Notes: generated by a model from the sequence alone, not told the origin. Positions 30,201 to 38,858 are shown, numbered from the whole stretch's first letter. The stretch is DNA of 61,969 bases, filler included, from Candidatus Woesearchaeota archaeon (GCA_023266675.1; 5 parts of 5 records of this genome joined end to end with filler, not necessarily neighbours in it); one strand, 5' to 3'. Program-made: numbers and translations.

Positions 30201-32065
30201 GTGGAGGGAATAGTGGCGGAGGAGGGAGTAGTGGTGTTAATGGAGAATATACAATTAACCACTCAGAATATTATGGCAATCTTTCTGATGATAGTATTTA
30301 TGTGAGAAAGTTTGTATGCACTGACTATGCAGGAAATTCAAAAACAATATCCTTTTCCAATCAGATAAATATCACTTACCCACCTTCAATAACAATTCTT
30401 TCCAACATCACTGTAAACGAAACTGATTTGATTAATTTCACAGTCAACGCTGCCGACCAGGATAATGACACTTTAACGTATTACATAAACAATCACAACT
30501 TTTCACAATTAAACAATAGTTTTTCGTGGCTGACAACGACAAACGACAGCGGAGTCTATAATATAATTATAATTGTGTCTGACAGCATATTCAACACAAC
30601 AGAGAGTTTTAATTTAACAATAAACGACGTTCCTGACAAAGACAAAGACAACATACCAGACAGCATCGACCCTGATGATGACAATGATGGAGTAAATGAT
30701 ACAAGCGACAAGCTTCTTGGATGTGGAAGTAGCATAAATACTTCAACAATGAATATGAGCCTAAAAGTTGATAACGCAACATTAAACAACACATATGAAG
30801 GCGAGAAGAATCTCACATTTTATGACGGCGAAAAACCGATAATTGATTTTATGTATAACTTCACAAATAGCACACTGGACCTTTATAGCATACGAATAGA
30901 AAAGCAGACAAATAATTCTCACGGACTAATAACTATCTCAGGACTTGAACTTCCAAATAACATGACAAAAATAGTCTATGTTGACAGATTAACAAATGAT
31001 ACAAACAGTGTTTGCGTTAAAGACTCAGAAAATACAAGTGTAAGCAGTCTTTGTGTTGATGCAGATGAATATCCAATTGACTGCCCGGGAACAAATAATG
31101 GATACGAGTGCACTCTTACAAATAATAACTTGACATTTAAAATAAGCGGACTCCATCATTCAGGTGTGAGCGAACAGACATACTGCGGTGACGGAACAAT
31201 TCAAAGCGGAGAAAGTTGTGAAGGTTCAAATTTAAACGGAAAAACATGCGCAACATATGGTTACAACGCTGGGTCGCTTTCATGCTCTAATTCATGCGCA
31301 ATAATCACATCAGGATGCTCAACAACAAGCAGTGGCAGTGGAGGCGGAGGGGGTGGCGGAGGAGGCGGAGGCTCATCATCAGGAGGCGGAGGAGGCGGTG
31401 GTTCTGTAGAAATTTATAATTTTGGAAACCTAAGCGAAACTGGAACTATGTTTATATCCAATGAAAAATATTCAGTGAGAGAGATATTTGTTAAAGTAAA
31501 TAATCTTGTTTTAAATGCAAAATTGTTTGTTGAAGAAAAAATAACAGTAAAAGATAATCCGTTAACTGATAAAAGAATTTACAAATATGTTGTTTTAAGC
31601 GGAAACGTTGAGAACGAGTTTAAAGAGGGAACAATAAAGTTTAGAATACCTAAAGTCTGGATTTCAAACACAACATACAATGAAAGCGAAATAATCCTAT
31701 CACAAGAAACAAACAATATTTGGAATGAATTATCAACAACAAAACTGGATACTGATGTAGAATATGGTTATTATTCCAGCAAGATAACAAAGATAGGAAC
31801 ATTTGCAATAGCACAAAAAGAAATCTTAAGACAAAAATCTCCAGAAAGCATCATTCCTAAAGAAAAGACAATAAAAACTGAAGTTAAAGCGATTAATAAT
31901 TCAGATAATAAAGAAACAGTTATTTTGTCAAACAATAAAAAAGACAATTCAGTTGTAAAAATAATAGTATATGCATTAGTTGCAGTGAGTATTATGACAG
32001 TAGTTGGATATGTTATAACAAATAAAAGAAAAAAAATAATTCATCATTCAAAACATCATAAATAA
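27209..32065 (+). CDS. Large membrane-anchored C1A (papain-like) cysteine protease with Ig-like, Ca-binding and PGF-pre-PGF-like domains
   Basis: LDWRN, DQGACGSCWAF, MHSVDIIGY, KNSWG; N-terminal DUF333-like repeat; DKDKDNIPDSIDPDDDNDG; Gly linkers; C-terminal TM and basic tail. Confidence 0.92.
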   Translation: MNRLKLFFISLSFLLILNITYAYVNPAMDLCMKQGYEYNVETNEDGSQTGYCVIKGEEYEVWEWYNSNNLKRDNQAKISTIEPISRDRSDNETQQINKSYNSQKTDNKFKSSTSKISNSRNDITDTTRGYTSPSLDWRNKDGQNWVSQIKDQGACGSCWAFSANGVMESRVKIDLNNVGYSVDLSEQDALTNNVYGGNCIDGGFEWYSFDYAKNTGIVKESCMPYGGSKCSNWQNEKMMLTDYARISANANSIKDAVTDYGPVTSYMVVCDGFDGTGIYSHVGDVWFDDSCWHDGGDGYYYLNMHSVDIIGYDDSSQYWIAKNSWGTGWGDNGFIKIAYSQSVYDYSSWHYAVWNLDGGDPRVFFLDDSYYVTGTDTLTIPTISAFFSNNSYARGDNNISFSANVQPKSIKQISSVRINGTDMSGIATGGIFTLSKKPSDFGCQDFEGYCNLLLTVIDDSGKSNTGEISIRIDDFAPRVTDFKIKNTDYYIKNQTLLLTVNVTDADISSVKINNASFTFSDNLYRFYVTPYEIGCLSNAVCVFNVTAIDAVGNTNYSESKIFFFDDVMPTINSVNNSDYIVRTGTNVTITVNATDNINISSVTAEGFELNYTDNFWIGNITLLGSGFINVTVIDFAGNRVNTNNTTLNNNFMVGYQIDDTPPIISNLQINPNHAKLNSHVNISFNIIDSHFRMLNISINNSIIRQESLDTINSYDYGYVYNISSNNTEGITTVEIIIIDEAENVVYANSTFIIDFTPPNITAVSPQNNSQIHTNYTWINLTTDESTICGENDEYNYIIFDTTPPAPFNGSPTGSVSSNLESGICGIDSEFFTNERADCRGSLANGTINKEFLTAGDSVTFNGINVRLVRCGAGNAVVDIGGTVYTINEGDIRNSNGIKVRVENIFNEEGTQYDMATVRLADSDSNIALPNEDYNTMNITFELSQEDDSVFSYSSRVQVNTTDEYSLYVKCKDMAGNLMSEGYSWSFIIGSVSCGSSNSGGNSGGGGSSGVNGEYTINHSEYYGNLSDDSIYVRKFVCTDYAGNSKTISFSNQINITYPPSITILSNITVNETDLINFTVNAADQDNDTLTYYINNHNFSQLNNSFSWLTTTNDSGVYNIIIIVSDSIFNTTESFNLTINDVPDKDKDNIPDSIDPDDDNDGVNDTSDKLLGCGSSINTSTMNMSLKVDNATLNNTYEGEKNLTFYDGEKPIIDFMYNFTNSTLDLYSIRIEKQTNNSHGLITISGLELPNNMTKIVYVDRLTNDTNSVCVKDSENTSVSSLCVDADEYPIDCPGTNNGYECTLTNNNLTFKISGLHHSGVSEQTYCGDGTIQSGESCEGSNLNGKTCATYGYNAGSLSCSNSCAIITSGCSTTSSGSGGGGGGGGGGGSSSGGGGGGGSVEIYNFGNLSETGTMFISNEKYSVREIFVKVNNLVLNAKLFVEEKITVKDNPLTDKRIYKYVVLSGNVENEFKEGTIKFRIPKVWISNTTYNESEIILSQETNNIWNELSTTKLDTDVEYGYYSSKITKIGTFAIAQKEILRQKSPESIIPKEKTIKTEVKAINNSDNKETVILSNNKKDNSVVKIIVYALVAVSIMTVVGYVITNKRKKIIHHSKHHK

Positions 32066-32091
32066 TATATTTTTACAATTAAAGAAAATAG

Positions 32092-32326
32092 CGCCGCGGC
32101 TGGGACTTCCACCAAACCTTTTAAGAAAAGGTTTAACAAAACAGTTCGGACTATTTCAAAAAAGAAATAGTCCTTAGCCTCGAGCGTCAACGGACGAAAC
32201 GGTTGTTTGAACCCAGAAGGCAGTTAAGCCAGCGAGGTGTCAAAAACTTATTTTTGAGCACGCAAAAAATTTAAAAAATTTTTAAGCGTTTCAGTTCGCC
32301 GTCATACCGACTTAGACGACCGCGGC
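32092..32326 (-). tRNA. Class II (Ser-type body) tRNA with GAA at 34-36; introns at 37/38 (~32238-32288) and 59/60 (32106-32205)
   Basis: Acceptor GCCGCGG/CCGCGGC-G73, D stem GTC/GAC, anticodon arm GCGAA-CTGAAA^C-CTCGC, V arm GGC-TTAACT-GCC, T stem CTGGG/CCCAG. The anticodon-intron boundary is ambiguous by about 1 nt. Confidence 0.82.
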
Positions 32327-32336
32327 ATCATTGCGA

Positions 32337-32522
32337 CACAAATTTTATATACTTTGACAACATTATTAGTTATCAGAGGTTTCAGTTCGTTGCAGTACCG
32401 ATTTAGATGACTGCATTTTTTCTTTTTTATTTATTTCAGAATTAACGATTTATATACCTCACGCGTCCATGTCCTGTGTCCAGTGAAGCGTTTTATCGTC
32501 GACAAATAAGTGTCCAGTGGAT
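32337..32522 (-). repeat. Upstream module shared with 15221-15400
   Basis: Same two TATA blocks and TGTCCAGTG repeats. Confidence 0.85.
32374..32414 (-). pseudogene. Degenerate intron-less copy of the 5' half of the adjacent tRNA
   Basis: CAGAGGTTTCAGTTCGTTGCAGTACCGATTTAGATGACTGC resembles the spliced form CAGCGAGG|TTTCAGTTCGCCGTCATACCGACTTAGACGACCGC. Confidence 0.75.
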
Positions 32523-32610
32523 AAAAAATAAATTATAGTTTAATATTGTCTTTTAAAAGTGGTAACATTAAAGAAAGGTTTATATACCTGATATTGATAA
32601 CTGAGGATTT

Positions 32611-34092
32611 ATGACAAATCATCAAGCTGATAGTGAAATGTACGGCGGGAAAGCTGCTAGTTTAATTGCCCAGTATGAAGCTGGAAACACTGATTTTCTT
32701 TTCCCTTTCACATTAATTGACCCTGATAAAGAAAAACCGACTTTTGATTTCGAAGGCTTGCAGATTGTAAGAGGTTCTGCTGCTGGCGACGAAAAAGGAC
32801 TGGTTGATGTCATAAAAACAATTCAAAATGTATCATCCAAAGATTTGAATTGTGAGATAGATATTGATTTACCAAGAAGAGAAAATTGGAGGTCTAATTA
32901 TATTAATAGTATGATGGATTTTCATAAAATAAGATCTGTACGTAATTCTATGAGTTATATAACTTATACTGATGATGAGATGAGAAGATTATTGATTGCA
33001 CTTGGAAAAGGTACTCTTTCACCAATAGATGAAATCATAAAAGATTCTAAAAGAGATGAAGTTGTATCCTTTGCAAAATGGGAAGGCAACATAGACTATA
33101 ATGGCGTTAAAAGTGTGATTATATCCCCTCAAAACATAGATGAAAGAAGAGGGCAGATAATTGAACACCCAAATATGGAAGGACACTACATAATTAATGT
33201 TGTTAATGCGGTTGTTAAAGACACAAGTGATATGAGAAGAGACCGAATTTATATGGATGAGATATTAGCGGATTCTTCAGGGAATATAGTTAAATTTGGA
33301 ATAAATAGTGTTGGAGAAAAGACATCTCCAAAAGAAGTTAAAGCAATAGTTGAGATGAAAAGAAGAGCCAAGGAGGTTGGGTTTATTTCTGGCTCTAAAA
33401 GTTCACAGGTTGAATTTGGTTTCTTTAATAAGGCACAAAAGTTAGAATCAAAAAAATATCAATACGCTGCAAAACCAAAATCACCGATAATATTTTATCA
33501 AGAGAGGGAATTTAGACCGTTTGACTTTGATGACCAATTTAATCCACAAAAATATGTATTCAACAGATTTGGAAGAATACCGCAGGAAGGTTTAGAATTA
33601 AGAGTTGTAGTAGTAGAAGAGAGTATGGATAGAAGTTTATTAAATGATGGTGTTCCTTCAATATACACTCCAGGTGCATCAAAAGGTATAGTTGGTGAAT
33701 CTTATCTTGATGTCGGACTCGCTTTAATGGCTGATTTAAATTTTAGACCAGAGAATATGCACGCTTATTTAGTGCCGATGAATACAAAGAATGGAAGCTC
33801 GCTTGAACATGGAAATTTTAGGTGGGCATCAAAAGCGCCAATTTCGTTATTAAAATTAAGGATAGGAGACCGTTCTTACTCTGATGATTACAGAACCGGA
33901 GAAATGATAATGTTAACTCCTGATTTAAGGATATCTAATTCCTCTACAAGTTCACAAATAAGTCCCCATGATGCACTTAGCTTGGCGTTAGTTCAGCTAA
34001 CTGATTCTCATAATGAGTTAAAAAAGAGCTTATCAAGAATGGGTGATACTCCTCTTGATGATTTGTATTTGCCGTCTCCTGACAAAATATAA
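32611..34092 (+). CDS. Hypothetical protein, weak PPDK/PEP-synthase ATP-grasp-like motifs
   Basis: YGGKAASL, IVRGSAAGDE, QVEFG, FYQER. Confidence 0.55.
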   Translation: MTNHQADSEMYGGKAASLIAQYEAGNTDFLFPFTLIDPDKEKPTFDFEGLQIVRGSAAGDEKGLVDVIKTIQNVSSKDLNCEIDIDLPRRENWRSNYINSMMDFHKIRSVRNSMSYITYTDDEMRRLLIALGKGTLSPIDEIIKDSKRDEVVSFAKWEGNIDYNGVKSVIISPQNIDERRGQIIEHPNMEGHYIINVVNAVVKDTSDMRRDRIYMDEILADSSGNIVKFGINSVGEKTSPKEVKAIVEMKRRAKEVGFISGSKSSQVEFGFFNKAQKLESKKYQYAAKPKSPIIFYQEREFRPFDFDDQFNPQKYVFNRFGRIPQEGLELRVVVVEESMDRSLLNDGVPSIYTPGASKGIVGESYLDVGLALMADLNFRPENMHAYLVPMNTKNGSSLEHGNFRWASKAPISLLKLRIGDRSYSDDYRTGEMIMLTPDLRISNSSTSSQISPHDALSLALVQLTDSHNELKKSLSRMGDTPLDDLYLPSPDKI

Positions 34093-34162
34093 AAAAGAAG
34101 TCTAAGGATTTTCTAAGTTGTTTCAGTAATTAAGTTATAACATAAAATAAATTATATAACTC

Positions 34163-34786
34163 CTACTTCATCTGGTTCTTTTTCTTGACTCGCTTTGTTC
34201 GAAACAATGCTTCTCTTTCTGCTTCGTCAAGTCTGAACTGGATGAATGCTTTTTGTTTTGCAAGCATTGGCATGACTTTGAATTCAAGCGCGTTTACCCG
34301 TCTTTTTGTTTTTTCTATTTCAATAAGAAGTTTTTTCATTGCGGTCTCAACTTCAGCTGCTCTGACAACTAGTTTTGTAAGCTGCTCATAAGCTTCAACA
34401 GATTCATCAATCATGTTTGATGTTGTTATTACTGAGTATCCTTTGTGGTCAAAAGTTTTTTTGATGTCTTCAGATTTGATTGTAGGAACTGTGACTCCCA
34501 TTATATTTTTTGTTTTGACTTCAATTGGCGGCCTGTTTTGTATTGACAAAGCGAGTGATTTTATTTTCATGTCTGTTTCAATAACCCTTGCCATGTTGAA
34601 CTTCTGCGTCGCTTTGATGTACGCCTCAGTAAGTTCTACACGTATTGTCTTTGCTTCTTTTAGTATTTCAAAAAATGCAAGTATCAAACCGTCTCTTTTT
34701 TTCTTTAGTAAATTATGGCCAGCTTTAGCTAGCTTAATCCTGTTCTTTAGCTTCATCAATTCGCTTCTAGTTGGTTTAATATTCAT
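34163..34786 (-). CDS. atpD: A/V-type ATP synthase subunit D
   Basis: PTRSEL, LLKKKRDGL, NIMGV, EIEKTKRRVNALE. Confidence 0.96.
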   Translation of the reverse strand: MNIKPTRSELMKLKNRIKLAKAGHNLLKKKRDGLILAFFEILKEAKTIRVELTEAYIKATQKFNMARVIETDMKIKSLALSIQNRPPIEVKTKNIMGVTVPTIKSEDIKKTFDHKGYSVITTSNMIDESVEAYEQLTKLVVRAAEVETAMKKLLIEIEKTKRRVNALEFKVMPMLAKQKAFIQFRLDEAEREALFRTKRVKKKNQMK

Positions 34787-34830
34787 TGTTATTACCTTTT
34801 TTAGGGCTATTCACTTTTATGAATAGACCA

Positions 34831-34866
34831 TTGCGCGTCAACCGAGCGTAACCGGTTGGTGATATT
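34831..34866. repeat. 36-bp hairpin element, copy 1, between 30-bp direct repeats (34758-34787, 34867-34896)
   Basis: TTGCGCGTCAACCGAGCGTAACCGGTTGGTGATATT; 35/36 identical to 38392-38427. Confidence 0.9.
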
Positions 34867-34911
34867 AATTCGCTTCTAGTTGGTTTTATGTTCATTTTGA
34901 TAACTCTTGTT

Positions 34912-35038
34912 TAAATTACAAGCATCGGTCCTCGCGGTTAATTTGATATCGCAAGTTCTGCGTCTCCGTAGGAGCCATCCCTCCGCGACGAACTTAATGT
35001 ATTTCTTAAGTGCTTGCGGATTTGATGCTTGTAATTTA
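34912..35038. mobile_element. MITE-like element with 15-bp perfect terminal inverted repeats
   Basis: TAAATTACAAGCATC (34912-34926) / GATGCTTGTAATTTA (35024-35038), GC-richer structured interior. Confidence 0.55.
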
Positions 35039-35043
35039 TGTAA

Positions 35044-36522
35044 CTATTTTTTCTTTTTAACGTCGTGTTTTTCAGCTTTCTTTTCTGCTTTGTGAGATTC
35101 TTTCGCTTCAGGTTTTTTTTCGTCAGCGTCATCTACTTTCTTTGCTGTCATTGAAGTTTCTTTTCCGTAATACTGCTCTTTAAGCGCTGGCGAGAGTCTT
35201 GATAAGTCTTTTGCAGGTATTGATTTAAACATGTCCCATGAAAGGTCAAGTGTTTGCTCAATTGTCCTGTTCTCATTCTTTCTTTGTGTGACAAATCTTT
35301 TCTCAAATTCTTCTGCGAATTTTAAAAGTCTCTTGTCTTTGTCTGAAAGCGCTTCTTCTCCAACGATTGCAACAAGGCCACGAAGGTCTCTTCCTTCTGC
35401 GTAGTTTGCGTACAGCTGGTCTGAAACGTTTTTGTGGTCGTCTCTTGTTTTTCCTTTTCCTACTCCAAGGTTCATAAGCCTTGACAATGATGGAAGGATA
35501 TCAACTGGAGGGTAAATGTTTTTTCTGTGAAGTTCCCTTGAGAGAACTATCTGGCCTTCAGTGATGTATCCTGTTAGGTCTGGAATCGGGTGTGTTATGT
35601 CGTCTCCAACCATTGTCAATATGGGGATTTGTGTTATTGAGCCTTTTTTGCCTTTTATCATTCCAGCTCTTTCATAAATCTGCGCTAGGTCAGTGTACAT
35701 GTATCCTGGGTATCCTCTTCGTCCTGGCACTTCCTCTCTTGCTGCTCCAATCTCCCGGAGTGATTCGCAGTAGTTTGATAGGTCTGTCATTATGACTAAC
35801 ACGTGCATGTCGTTTTCGTATGCTAGGTACTCTGCTGCTGTGAGTGCCATTCTTGGTGTGACTAGTCTTTCAACTGCTGGGTCGTCTGCAAGGTTCAAAA
35901 ACACCACTGATCTTTCGAGTGCTCCTGTTCTTTCAAAGTCTGCGATGAAGTATTGTGCTTCTTCGTTTGTGATTCCCATTGCTGCGAAGACTACGACGAA
36001 TTTTTCGCCCTGTCCTACAACTGTTGCCTGTCTAGCTATCTGCAAAGCTATCTCGTTGTGCGGAAGACCGGACCCCGAGAATATTGGAAGTTTTTGTCCT
36101 CTGACTAGTGTGTTTGTTGCGTCTATTGTTGAGATTCCTGTCTGGATGAAGTCTGCTGGCTGCAGTCGCTGGTACGGGTTTATTGCTGCGCCAAGGATGT
36201 CTCGTCTGTCGTCGCTTATGATTTCTGGTCCGCCGTCAATTGGTGAGCCTGCGCCGTTTAGTATTCTTCCAAGCATGTCTTTTGATACTGGTAGCTTGAT
36301 GTTTTCGCCTAGAAACGTTAGTCTTGCTTCTTTGTCGATTCCTGATGTTCCTTCAAAAACCTGTACGACAACTATTTTGTCTGATGTGTCTAGCACCTGT
36401 CCTTTTTTTATTGTGCCGTCTGATAATGCTATTTTTACAAGGTCTCCGTATCCTACTGGGTCTGTTTTTTCTACAAAGACTAGTGGGCCTGCGACCCTTG
36501 TGATTGTTTTATATTCCTTCAT
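35044..36522 (-). CDS. atpB: A/V-type ATP synthase subunit B
   Basis: [53 protein letters not shown]; Lys/Glu-rich tail. Confidence 0.98.
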   Translation of the reverse strand: MKEYKTITRVAGPLVFVEKTDPVGYGDLVKIALSDGTIKKGQVLDTSDKIVVVQVFEGTSGIDKEARLTFLGENIKLPVSKDMLGRILNGAGSPIDGGPEIISDDRRDILGAAINPYQRLQPADFIQTGISTIDATNTLVRGQKLPIFSGSGLPHNEIALQIARQATVVGQGEKFVVVFAAMGITNEEAQYFIADFERTGALERSVVFLNLADDPAVERLVTPRMALTAAEYLAYENDMHVLVIMTDLSNYCESLREIGAAREEVPGRRGYPGYMYTDLAQIYERAGMIKGKKGSITQIPILTMVGDDITHPIPDLTGYITEGQIVLSRELHRKNIYPPVDILPSLSRLMNLGVGKGKTRDDHKNVSDQLYANYAEGRDLRGLVAIVGEEALSDKDKRLLKFAEEFEKRFVTQRKNENRTIEQTLDLSWDMFKSIPAKDLSRLSPALKEQYYGKETSMTAKKVDDADEKKPEAKESHKAEKKAEKHDVKKKK

Positions 36523-36583
36523 AAAAAACACCCTGTGTTTTGTTGAAGCTCAAAAAACTTGTTTTTTGTTTGTTTCATTTTAT

Positions 36584-38320
36584 TCACTCCAATTTTTCTA
36601 CTTCAGCTTCCATTTCTTTTTGGACGCTTAAAAGTTTTTTCTCGTAATCTCTTTCGAATTTGACTTCGCCGATTTTTTCTTTTGATTCCATTTCAACTAT
36701 TCTTGCAACTGGCACTCCATTTTCAAGAGCTGTTACGGCAAGCTTGTTAAAATGCATTATTGTCTTCATAATCATGTATGATTTTTTTAGTTCGCAGAAT
36801 GTGTCAACTTCGTGAAACGCGTTTTGCTGCAGTAAGAATTCTCTTATCAGTCTTGCTGTTTCAAGTGTTATCTGCTGTTTGTCGGGTAGTGCGTCTGACC
36901 CTACAAGCTGCACGATTTCAAGGAGTTTTTCTTCGTCTTGTAAAAGTCCCATCATTGTGTTTACCATTTCTCTCCAGTCTGATGCGACGTTTGCAGAGAA
37001 CCATGGTTCAAGCTGGTCTTGGTAAAGGCTGTATGATGTCAGCCAGTTTATTGACGGAAAGTGTCGTCGCTGAGCGAGTTTTGCGTCCAGTGCCCAGAAT
37101 GTTTTTATGACTCTTAGCGTGTTTTGTGTTACTGGTTCTGAGAAGTCTCCACCAGCAGGGCTTACTGCACCTATTACTGTTACACTACCTTCTTTTTTTG
37201 TTCCGATAGGTATTACTCTTCCTGCTCGCTCATAGAATTCAGCAATTTTTGTTGATAAGTATGCTGGGTATCCTTCTTCACCTGGCATCTCCTCAAGTCG
37301 TGAAGAAATTTCTCTCATTGCTTCTGCCCATCTTGATGTTGAGTCTGCCATCAAAGCCACTGAGTATCCCATGTCTCGGTAGTATTCTGCTATCGTGATT
37401 CCTGTGTATACTGATGCTTCTCTTGCTGCTACTGGCATGTTTGATGTGTTTGCGATTAAAACTGTTCTATTCATCAATGGTTTTCCTGATTTTGGATCTT
37501 TTAGGTGAGGGAACTCTGTTAATACTTCTGTCATCTCGTTTCCTCGCTCACCACATCCAATATATACTATGATGTCTGCGTCTGACCATTTTGCTAGCTG
37601 CTGCTGTGATACTGTTTTTCCTGCTCCAAATGGTCCTGGAATTGCTGCGCATCCTCCTTTTGCAAGCGGGAATAGTACGTCAAAGACTCTTTGGCCTGTG
37701 ATTAGCGGCATCTCTGGCGCTAGTTTCTTGAATGATGGTCGTGGTTTTCTTACTGACCATTTGTGTGCGAGTTTTAGTTCGGTTTTTCCGTCAACCATTC
37801 CTATTACTTCGTCGATGTTGTATTTTCCTGATGATATCTCAGTTATTACTCCGTCAATACGTGGCGGAACCATTATTTTGTGGAAGACTCCGTCTGTTTC
37901 TTCTACTTCGCCGATGAATTCTCCTGATTTTATTTTGTCTCCTTTCTTGACAGTTGCTTTAAAGTCCCATTTCTTTTTATGGTCTAGGCCCGGTACGTCT
38001 ACTCCTCGTAGGATGAAGTTTCCCATTTTCTCTGCAAGTATTGGGAGCGGTCGCTGGATTCCGTCGTAAATTGATGTTAAGAGTCCTGGTCCTAGTTCTA
38101 CTGAGAGTGATTCTCCTGTGTTTAAAACTGGCTCGCCAGGTTTTAGTCCTGATGTGTCTTCGTATACCTGGATTATGACTTTTTCGTTGTCTATCTGGAT
38201 GACTTCACCCATAAGTTTTTCTTTGCCGACACGTACAACGTCGTACATTCTTGCGTCGAGACCTATTGCCACTACAACTGGTCCTGCGATTCTAAAAAGT
38301 TTTCCTTCTTTGCTTGTCAT
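36584..38320 (-). CDS. atpA: A/V-type ATP synthase subunit A (no intein)
   Basis: [39 protein letters not shown]. Confidence 0.98.
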   Translation of the reverse strand: MTSKEGKLFRIAGPVVVAIGLDARMYDVVRVGKEKLMGEVIQIDNEKVIIQVYEDTSGLKPGEPVLNTGESLSVELGPGLLTSIYDGIQRPLPILAEKMGNFILRGVDVPGLDHKKKWDFKATVKKGDKIKSGEFIGEVEETDGVFHKIMVPPRIDGVITEISSGKYNIDEVIGMVDGKTELKLAHKWSVRKPRPSFKKLAPEMPLITGQRVFDVLFPLAKGGCAAIPGPFGAGKTVSQQQLAKWSDADIIVYIGCGERGNEMTEVLTEFPHLKDPKSGKPLMNRTVLIANTSNMPVAAREASVYTGITIAEYYRDMGYSVALMADSTSRWAEAMREISSRLEEMPGEEGYPAYLSTKIAEFYERAGRVIPIGTKKEGSVTVIGAVSPAGGDFSEPVTQNTLRVIKTFWALDAKLAQRRHFPSINWLTSYSLYQDQLEPWFSANVASDWREMVNTMMGLLQDEEKLLEIVQLVGSDALPDKQQITLETARLIREFLLQQNAFHEVDTFCELKKSYMIMKTIMHFNKLAVTALENGVPVARIVEMESKEKIGEVKFERDYEKKLLSVQKEMEAEVEKLE

Positions 38321-38391
38321 TTTTTCATTCACCTTTGAGTTATTCGTTAATATGATTTCTAGACAATATGCGTTTTTGCATATTGTCTGAT

Positions 38392-38427
38392 TTGCGCGTC
38401 AACCGAGCGTAACCGGTTGTTGATATT
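38392..38427. repeat. 36-bp hairpin element, copy 2, between perfect 32-bp direct repeats (38327-38358, 38425-38456)
   Basis: ATTCACCTTTGAGTTATTCGTTAATATGATTT duplicated; second hairpin AGACAATATGC/GCATATTGTCT. Confidence 0.9.
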
Positions 38428-38458
38428 CACCTTTGAGTTATTCGTTAATATGATTTTT

Positions 38459-38767
38459 TTATTTTTTTGCGAGGATATCTACGCCTATTGCTTTGATTAT
38501 CATTCGCCTGATGTTTTCCTGCTCTGCTGTTTCAGATAAGACTATGCAGACTGGTTTTACTGAGTCTTCAAGTTTTAGTCTTGTTCTTTCATGTAAATAT
38601 TTTACTGCTTTGTTGTTCATGACTATTATCCCGTCAACTTTCTCGTCTAGTATTTTCTTTATTTCTTTTTCTGCGGAGTTCTCATTGACTTCAATAATAT
38701 CATTTACTCCTGCTAGCTTGAATCCTAGTGTAAATTCCTCTTCTCCAAAAATTATGAAGCGTGACAT
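38459..38767 (-). CDS. atpF: A/V-type ATP synthase subunit F
   Basis: GEEEFTLGFKLAGV, KAIGVDI; operon position. Confidence 0.93.
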   Translation of the reverse strand: MSRFIIFGEEEFTLGFKLAGVNDIIEVNENSAEKEIKKILDEKVDGIIVMNNKAVKYLHERTRLKLEDSVKPVCIVLSETAEQENIRRMIIKAIGVDILAKK

Positions 38768-38858
38768 TTTTATTCTCTCCTTTCTTGATATTTTTTATCG
38801 ATTTTATATTGATTAAAAGTGTTAGCTTGAAAAAATGAAGTTTTTTCATTGCGTGACA

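Noticed and set aside
31330..31402. GGA/GGC repeats
   Set aside because: Encode a Gly/Ser linker in the protease.
15059..32326. Genome-wide Phe-to-Ser codon reassignment
   Set aside because: Invariant Phe positions in GluRS, AtpA and ProRS translate as Phe under the standard code.
34938..35132. 64-aa ORF overlapping the atpB end
   Set aside because: Alternate frame of the Lys-rich tail running into the inverted-repeat element.
35792..36631. 279-aa plus-strand ORF and other long antisense ORFs
   Set aside because: Shadows of conserved genes on the opposite strand, with no motifs.
36584..38320. Intein in AtpA
   Set aside because: Normal length, and the GAGKTV and GCGERGNE regions are uninterrupted.
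34758..38456. 30-36-bp repeats as a CRISPR array
   Set aside because: Only pairs, no regular repeat-spacer period, and no cas genes in the window.
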